From Cycas panzhihuaensis (Eukaryota > Plantae > Cycadophyta), in assembly GCA_023213395.1 (NCBI GenBank), contig CM041465.1:169701741-169765740 (forward strand): DNA of 64,000 nt, given 5' to 3'. Of the stretch, positions 56,940 through 64,000 are shown piece after piece. The translations under genes were made by a program, and so were the position numbers. Each line of letters opens with the position of its first letter. Position 1 is the stretch's first letter. The notes beneath the pieces were generated by a model. The model was not told the origin of the DNA and did not search any database. It was given only the letters and a program-made list of their open reading frames with translations.

Positions 56940-59900
56940 ATTGAGAAAATAGATACAAAAAAATTACAAGAAGAAGTAGTAGAAATTAAGAGTAAAATGT
57001 CAGGAATCAAAGGTGGATTAGAATAATTGAGGACAATATTAAGAGAAATAGCTAATAAAAGTAAGATTTTCTCGAATAATAAAAAAGAAAGAAATACATT
57101 TTTTCTATCAAATATAGTAACCATGAACATTGATAATAAAGAGGCAATCATCAAATACAATAAGGAATGGAACCATTTATATCCATCATTAAAAAATGAT
57201 TAGACAAAGGTTGATTATATTACATCCTGACTTTAAAAACATAATAAACCTACAAAAAGAATATGAGGAAGGAAAGTAAACATATCTCAATTTAATGGAT
57301 CAAAAGATATTATTCATGAATGGCTACAAAAGCTAGAAATATACTTCCCACTACAATCTATTGAAGAAGATAAGGATAGAATATTACATGTTGTCATGTA
57401 TATGCCAGGTAAGGCATATGATTGGTGGATAATGTGGATGCAAGAATAAGATGAAAATGGGAATGAAGCATCTTAGAAACAATTTGTGATAGCACTAGAA
57501 GAACACTTCAAAGATACTTAGAATAATGACCATTTTGCCCAACTAAGTAAACTTCAATACAAAACGTCAATAGAAGAGTATTACAAAAAAATTATTAGAT
57601 TAGTCTACAAGGTGACTGATTTATCATTATTGCAGAAGATAAAACTATTTATATCAGGGTTATAAAATGATATTAAGGCAGATGTTAAAGCAAAAAAACC
57701 ACAAGAACTTAGTGAGGCTATTCACTTGGCCAAAGCTTTTGATTCTAAATAGAAGTCATATTATCAGCCACCAATGTTAAGAAATAATGGATTCTTCTAA
57801 CCAAATATGGCAAAAGAAACAATTAGTGATAATAGATAATATCCCTAGAAGGGAAATTACCCACCAAACAACTAGAGAAGCTTTCATCGATTGACAACAA
57901 AAGAAATAGAAGAACACATAGAAAAAGGTACTTGTTATTGGTGTGATGAAAAAAGAGGAAGAGGGCATAGATGTAAAGAAAGGAGACTATACTCATTAGT
58001 CATCAATGATGATTCTACAGAAGAAATTGATCTAATAAATATAGAAGATTTTATAAACAATGAGGAGTAAATTGAAGAAGCTCCCATAATGTCCTTATCA
58101 GTTATGTTAGGGATAGTAACACCTAAAACTTTAAAGATTAGAGGATTTATAAAAAAGGAAGGAATAATTACTCTAGTCAACTTAGGAAGTACTCATAATT
58201 TTATCAATCATCATATTGTCCATAATTTAGGATTACAAGTTATAAAAATTCCTTCATTTTAAGTACAAGTTAGCAGTCATAAGAAAATTCATAGAGAAGG
58301 CATCTTAAAAAACCTTAAAATTTCATTTGGAGATTATGTTTTGAAGGCTGATTTTTTTATTATTAGAATTAGAGGTGTCGATCTAGTACTGGGAAGTCAA
58401 TGGTTGAGAACATTGGGTACTTATGAAACAAACTTACAAGAGATGTTTATGAGATTTAAAGAAAATGGTAAAACTATCACATTACAAGGGATGCTAACTC
58501 TAGAACCCTAACAAGTGACTTCATACCAGATGACTAAACTACTTTACAAAGGATATCCAGGATGTGTAATTCAATTATTTTCAATTACGATGAAAAATAA
58601 TAATCAGGAGTTAATGGAAAATCAAATATAGAAACTAATAGATAGGCACAACATTATATTTTAAGAACTTCTAGCTACCTTACCACCTGAACGAGGTATG
58701 GAGTATATAATTGAATTAGAGAAAAATACAACTCCAACCATAATCAAACCTTATCGATACCCCTATAAGCATAAGAACAAAATTGAATGGATAGTCTAGA
58801 AATTACTAGATCTTGGAATAATTACACCCAGTAAAAGTCCTTTTGCTGCTGCAGTAGTACTAATAAGAAAAAAAGATGGCTCTTTTCGAATGTGTGTAGA
58901 TTATCGTGCTCTTAACAAAATTACTATTAAAAATAGATTTCCCATTCCAAGAATTGATGAGTTAATCAATGAATTATATGGTGCCCAATATTTTACAAAA
59001 TTAGATCTCAAATCTGGTTATTATCTTTATTAAGATAAGAGATGAGGATACCTATAAAACTACATTCCATACACATGAAGGACATTATAAATTCAAGGTG
59101 ATACCATTCAAATTATGTAATGCACATGCTACTTTCTAAGTAACAATGAATAAGATATTCTCACCCTTTTTAAAAATTGGGAAGATCACCTCAACCATGT
59201 AGAAAAAATTCTTGATACTCTACAAGAATAGAATTTATTCACAAAAATAATTCAAATGTAGCTTCGGTAAACAACAAATAAATTATTTGGGACATATTAT
59301 TTCCAAAGATAGAGTGAGAACTAACCTAGATAAAATTAAAGCCATAATAGATTGACATGCTCCTCGTATAATCAAAATGTTGAGAGGATTCTTAGGGCTT
59401 ATTGGATATTACCATCGATTTGTTAAAAATTATATGCATATTATAAATAGCCTCAATCAACTCTTAAAGAAAGGTTTATTTGTATGGAATAATTCAGCAC
59501 AATCATGTTTTGAAAACCTTAAAATAATTGTGATGACCCTGCCCTTGTTAATAACTCCTAATTTTTCAAAAACCTTCACTATAGAATATGATACATTAGG
59601 AGTAGGTATTGGAGTTTTCCTAATGAAAGAAGGGAGACCTATAGCTTATGAAATTTGACAATTAAATGAGAGAGAAAAAACTTAAAACTACTTATGACAA
59701 AGAAATGTTAGCTATTATGCACGTTCTTTATAAATGGTGACAATATTTATTAGGAAGTAAATTCCTAGTCGAAACAGATCATAATAGTCTACAATATTTT
59801 TTAAAACAATATGAGTTATCAACTGAGCAACAAAAATGGGTAACAACATTACAAACTTTTGATTTTGAGGTATGGTATAAAAAGAGAAAAGCAAATGTAG

Positions 59901-61420
59901 TTACTGATGCTCTATTATGTCAGGATGAAGAAATACAACTTTAGGATATCATAGTAATCAATCCAAAGTGGTTGGATGATATAAGAGCAGAATACACAAA
60001 AGATTTAGATATAAGTAAATTAATTGATAAAATTCAAAAGGAACCACAAGAAAATTTTGAATGGAAAAATGATATCTTATGGTATAAAGGTTGAATCTAT
60101 TTAGGAGAGAAATCAAAGTTTAAATAAAAGATTTTAGAAGAAGCACATATAATACCTTCAGCAGACCATACTAATTATATAAGACTTAGAGCCAGATAAG
60201 AAAATCTTTTTTTTAGAAAGGGATGAAAAAAGACATTTAGAAATTTATTAATAAGTGTGTAGTATGCCAAACTACAAAATATGAAAATATTCTACCATCT
60301 AGTCTATTACAACCATTACCTATTCCACAAGCAAAATGGGAAAGTATAAGTATGGATTTTATCATAGGTTTACCCAACTCAGAAAATAAAGATTATATTT
60401 ATGTAGTAGTTCATCAATTGACTAAATACACACATTTCATGGCTATTCAAGGTGATATTAAAGCTTGTCAGGTCACATCAATATTCATGAAAGAAGTTTA
60501 TAAACTTCATGGGTTACCAAAAAATATCATTAGTGATATAGATCCCAAATTCCAAAGTAATTTTTGGTAAGAATTATTTAAACAATTAGGCACTACTCTC
60601 AACATGAGCACTAGTTACCATCCTCAAACAGATGGTCAAACTAAAGTTGTTAATAAATGCTTAGAAAATTACCTATGAGAGTTTGTAATAGAAAAACCAA
60701 GTAATTAGGTTAAATGGTTACATTTGGTTGAAGGTTGGTATAATACTACTTATCACATGTCTATTAAAATGACTCCCTTCTAAGTTTTATATGTTTATGA
60801 ACCTACATCATTAAAAGATTGGGCTTATTCACATTCACGTATGCCAGCAGTTAGTGATTATTTGCAAGAATTATAGAATATAATTGCATTGTTGAGGGAA
60901 CACCTTTCTACTGCCCAAAATAGGATTAAATAACAAGTTGATTTGCATCGTACTGAACAAAAATTTTCAGAAGGTGATTGGGTTTATTTGCACCTACAAC
61001 CATACAAACAATCATCTCTAAAAAACATAAAAAAAGAAAAACTTAACCCATAATTCTATGGGCCATATCGCATAAGCAAAAAAGTGGGAGAAGTTACTTA
61101 TGCCTTAGAATTACCTACTAATTCTCATATTCATAATGTTTTTCATGTGTCATATTTAAAACCACGATTGGATACAAGAACACCAGCATAGATTAAACTT
61201 CCAATACTTAATGAAGAAGGTATGCTTCTCTTAATTTTAAAATCTATCCTTGAAGTATGAGATCATCAATTGAGATCAAGGACTATCTGCGAATACCTTA
61301 TCAAATGGCAACAGTTTCTAGTCGAAGATGCTTCATGGGAACCTGCATCAATTTTAGACAACTATCCTCAGTTGCATGCTCATATTCCTAATGCTTTGAG
61401 GGAAGAGTATTTTCAAGTGG
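56940..61420 (+). pseudogene. gag-pol: Element K gag-pol remnant with chromodomain
   Basis: EWLQKLEIYF; CYWCDEKRGRGHRC; LVNLGSTHNFI; FRMCVDYRALNKITIKNRFPIPRIDEL; RGFLGLIGYY; WESISMDFIIGLP; YHPQTDGQT; FYGPY; EYLIKW...EDASWEP. Confidence 0.95.
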
Positions 61421-62942
61421 GGGGAGCTTGTAATGAGCCTAATTATTAGTTAAGCATATTCATCAAAGGGTGGTGACTCTTAATAATAAGTCACATACAT
61501 TCCTTCATTTTGATATAAATATGTAATAGTTGGAATAGTGTAGTATGATTTTGGAATTGAACCTAATAAATATAATTGTTTATCTATCCAACTTATGCTA
61601 ACCACTCAGGACTATCTCATTATATCATACCATCAAATAGAGAAATTAGTGAGGAAATGATGATTAAGGGTTATATTCTAAATATTTTTGTTGTAAAGGA
61701 AAGTTGAGGGAAGATAATTGATAGGATCCAAAGCTATAAGATATTATTCAAAAGTATGACCAAGCCTTTCAAGGACTCCTTGCAAAATTACTATCGAATA
61801 AGGGTATGGAGCATACTATAGAGCTAGAACACTGTATTAATTTTATCATGATCTAACCATATAAATAGCCTCATCACTATCAAATAAAAATTAAAAGAAT
61901 AATTTAATAACTACTATATTTAGAGGTTATACTATCTTGGAAAAGCTTGTTTATAACACCTGTAATGTTGGTGAGAAAGAAAAATGGATCATTTAGGATG
62001 TGTAATGACAATTGAGCCCTTAACAAGGCTATAATAAAAAATTATTCTCTAATCCCTAAAATTGATTAGCTTCTTAATAAACTAGATGAAGTGGAATATT
62101 TCACGAAGATTGATTTAAGATTAGGTTATCACGAGATTCATATAGGAAAGGAAGACACTCCTAAGGTAATGATTTATATACTCCATAGGTATTATGAATT
62201 CAAAGTGATGTTATTTAGACTCACTAATGCCCCTACCACCTTTTGGCTACTAATGAATAAGGTATTAACCTAATTTATTTGAAAATTTATATTAGTTTTC
62301 TTTGATGATATTCTAATCTATAACTAGGGTTAGAAGAACCATGTCATCCATGTTGAAATTTTCCTAAGCACCTTATAGAAAAATAAGCTCTTTTCTAAAC
62401 TCTCCAAATGCATTTTTGGCAAAGAAAAAGTAAAGTATTTAGGCCACGTTACAAACTAAGAAAGAGTCAGGGCTAACCGGAAAAGAATTAAGGCCATTTA
62501 AGATTGGTCCAGTTTGAGAAACAATACCCAACTAATAGGGTTCTTAGGATTGACTAGATATTATAAATGATTTATTAAGAGCTATGCTTGGAAAACCTCA
62601 ATACTAATAAACTTGCTTAAGAAAGATGCCTTCCAATGGAATGAGCAGGAAGAATAATGTTTCTAAAGGCCAAAGAAAATGATGAACTTGGTCTCTATGT
62701 TAACTTCATTAAACTTCTCTAAGATATTCACCATTGAATGTGGTGCATCTATATTTAGAATAAGATTAATTCTTATGTATGAAGGAAGATTAATTACCTT
62801 CTAAAGTAGGAAATTGAATAATAAAAAATAGCTTAAATCTATAGATGGCAAAGAAATGTTTGTGTTGTGTACCCAACCTCCTTATAGTGTATCTACCTTT
62901 TTTGTAGTATATCTACCTTCTTCCACTATTTTCATGATGTAT

Positions 62943-62983
62943 CTTCTTCTTCTTCTTCTTATTATTATTTTTCTTCTTCTTCT

Positions 62984-63048
<65 letters not shown>

Positions 63049-63056
63049 TGTGTGTG
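62943..63056. repeat. Compound microsatellite (CTT)n-(CT)n-(GT)n within an unresolved insertion that starts near 62861
   Basis: Read directly. The RNase H of L stops abruptly just upstream. Confidence 0.85.
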
Positions 63057-63094
63057 CTAGTCTCTTATTTTTCTGTTATTATAATTATCCCACA

Positions 63095-64000
63095 TGTAAG
63101 GGTTAAAATGGGATAAGTAACCCTAGTAGTCTTATATATATGTACCTCCACTATTATAATAGGCATTGGATAATATTGTGATATTACATAGTTAGGAGGT
63201 TGCCCCCTTGAAGATGCCTATTACTATAAGTTCTCTTTTCTACTTAATAAAGTTTCTTGCCATTTCCTTATAAATTATATTCTTATTAATTTTTAGAATT
63301 GTAGCAAGGTTACTTGCAAGTAGTGTCAAAACTCTTTTTAGGGCCATTTCTAAAGAAAATTATTTTTCCTTAGTGTCCTACCACAACTATTTACCATATG
63401 CTCTCATCTCACCCTCATGGTATCTTAGTGATCAGAAAGTAGTAAAATTGGTGGGGTATTAGAATGATGAAAGAGAGATTTCTATGGTGTTTTAAAGTTA
63501 TGGTAGCAAGTGGCATTTCCCATCCCTTCCCTAATTATTCTTCTTGTTATAGTTTTAAGGGTAGATAATTATGCTCAACACCTACCTCTTAGTTAGGTTA
63601 GAGACCTTAGCTCAAGGGTATTAAAATATCCTAGTAACTTGTCATTTCTGGCCTAACATACTTGCATATAAAGGAATGTATTCTAAGGTTTAGACAATAG
63701 TTATTATGGGAGTGAGCTTCCATGTATATTAAGTATATTAGAAGACCCTTTCTAGGTTTGTTCCTAAACCCATCCTAGTAAGCCATCAAATGTATATCAT
63801 CTATAGTGCACTAGTAAGCAATTATCCCTAGGAGGTTACTCTCTATGTACCCAAGAGATGGGATAGTACTACTATAGAGTAGAGCAGGGCCTCTATGATG
63901 GATACTATTTATGTCCAGGATTAATATATTGGAGGGTCTATAAACTAGACACTCCTCTTAGGATAGGAAACTGCATCCATCCTTTTTTGGCCCTAAGAGA
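63095..64000 (+). mobile_element. Probable 5' LTR (~63095-63417) and leader of another LTR element running off the window
   Basis: TGTAAGGGT...ACCCTCA termini followed by PBS-like TGGTATCTTAG at 63418. The partner LTR is outside the window. Confidence 0.55.

Larger units (their letters stand above)
52165..61619 (+). mobile_element. Element K: full-length chromovirus (Ty3/Gypsy); LTRs 52165-52354 and 61429-61619; hosts E
   Basis: 190-bp LTRs TGTAAT...ATCTCA with ~12 differences by eye. PBS TGGTATCAGAGCC at 52357. PPT AAGTGGGGGGAGC before 61429. Domain order gag-PR-RT-RH-IN-chromodomain. Confidence 0.96.
50900..62860 (+). mobile_element. Element L: older degenerate Ty3/Gypsy gag-pol (~50900-52164 and ~61724-62860), host of K; LTRs not resolved
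   Basis: TLIDL*STNNF (protease, ~51713); FTKIDLRLGYHEI, RLTNAPTTF and LVFFDDILIY (RT, 62091-62325); GFLGLTRYY and FTIECGAS (RNase H). Breaks after ...GKEMF at ~62860. Confidence 0.8.

Overview
This is an AT-rich, strongly CpG-depleted window of plant heterochromatin-like DNA. It has no recognisable host gene and is almost entirely nested, decayed retroelements. About 12 LTR elements, one solo LTR and an L1 LINE remnant were delimited by eye from LTR pairs, tRNA-iMet PBS (TGGTATCAGAGC-like), PPTs and TSDs. Labels are mine. Nesting: A1 (<1-8260) contains B. A2 (8761-47648) contains Copia C (10805-40647), element I, and element J (inside the A2 5' LTR). C contains D and Copia G (19318-36679). 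G contains solo LTR H and a huge (TA)n tract holding Copia F. Gypsy L contains chromovirus K (52165-61619), which contains E. The main observations are: (1) two unrelated pol-less chromovirus-type LTR elements (A1, A2) carry a decayed ORF where gag should be, and its residue pattern resembles a viral 30K cell-to-cell movement protein (inference, needs a profile or structure search); (2) a ~400-bp palindromic leader module is shared between a Copia-gag element and a Gypsy-gag element; (3) a ~105-bp flanking duplication surrounds K instead of a 5-bp TSD; (4) two TR-GAG-like elements have unrelated LTRs but share an unannotated C-terminal motif; (5) C-to-T decay outside CpG context is pervasive. 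The long ORFs at 26.0-26.9 kb and 34.3-35.9 kb are microsatellite artefacts.
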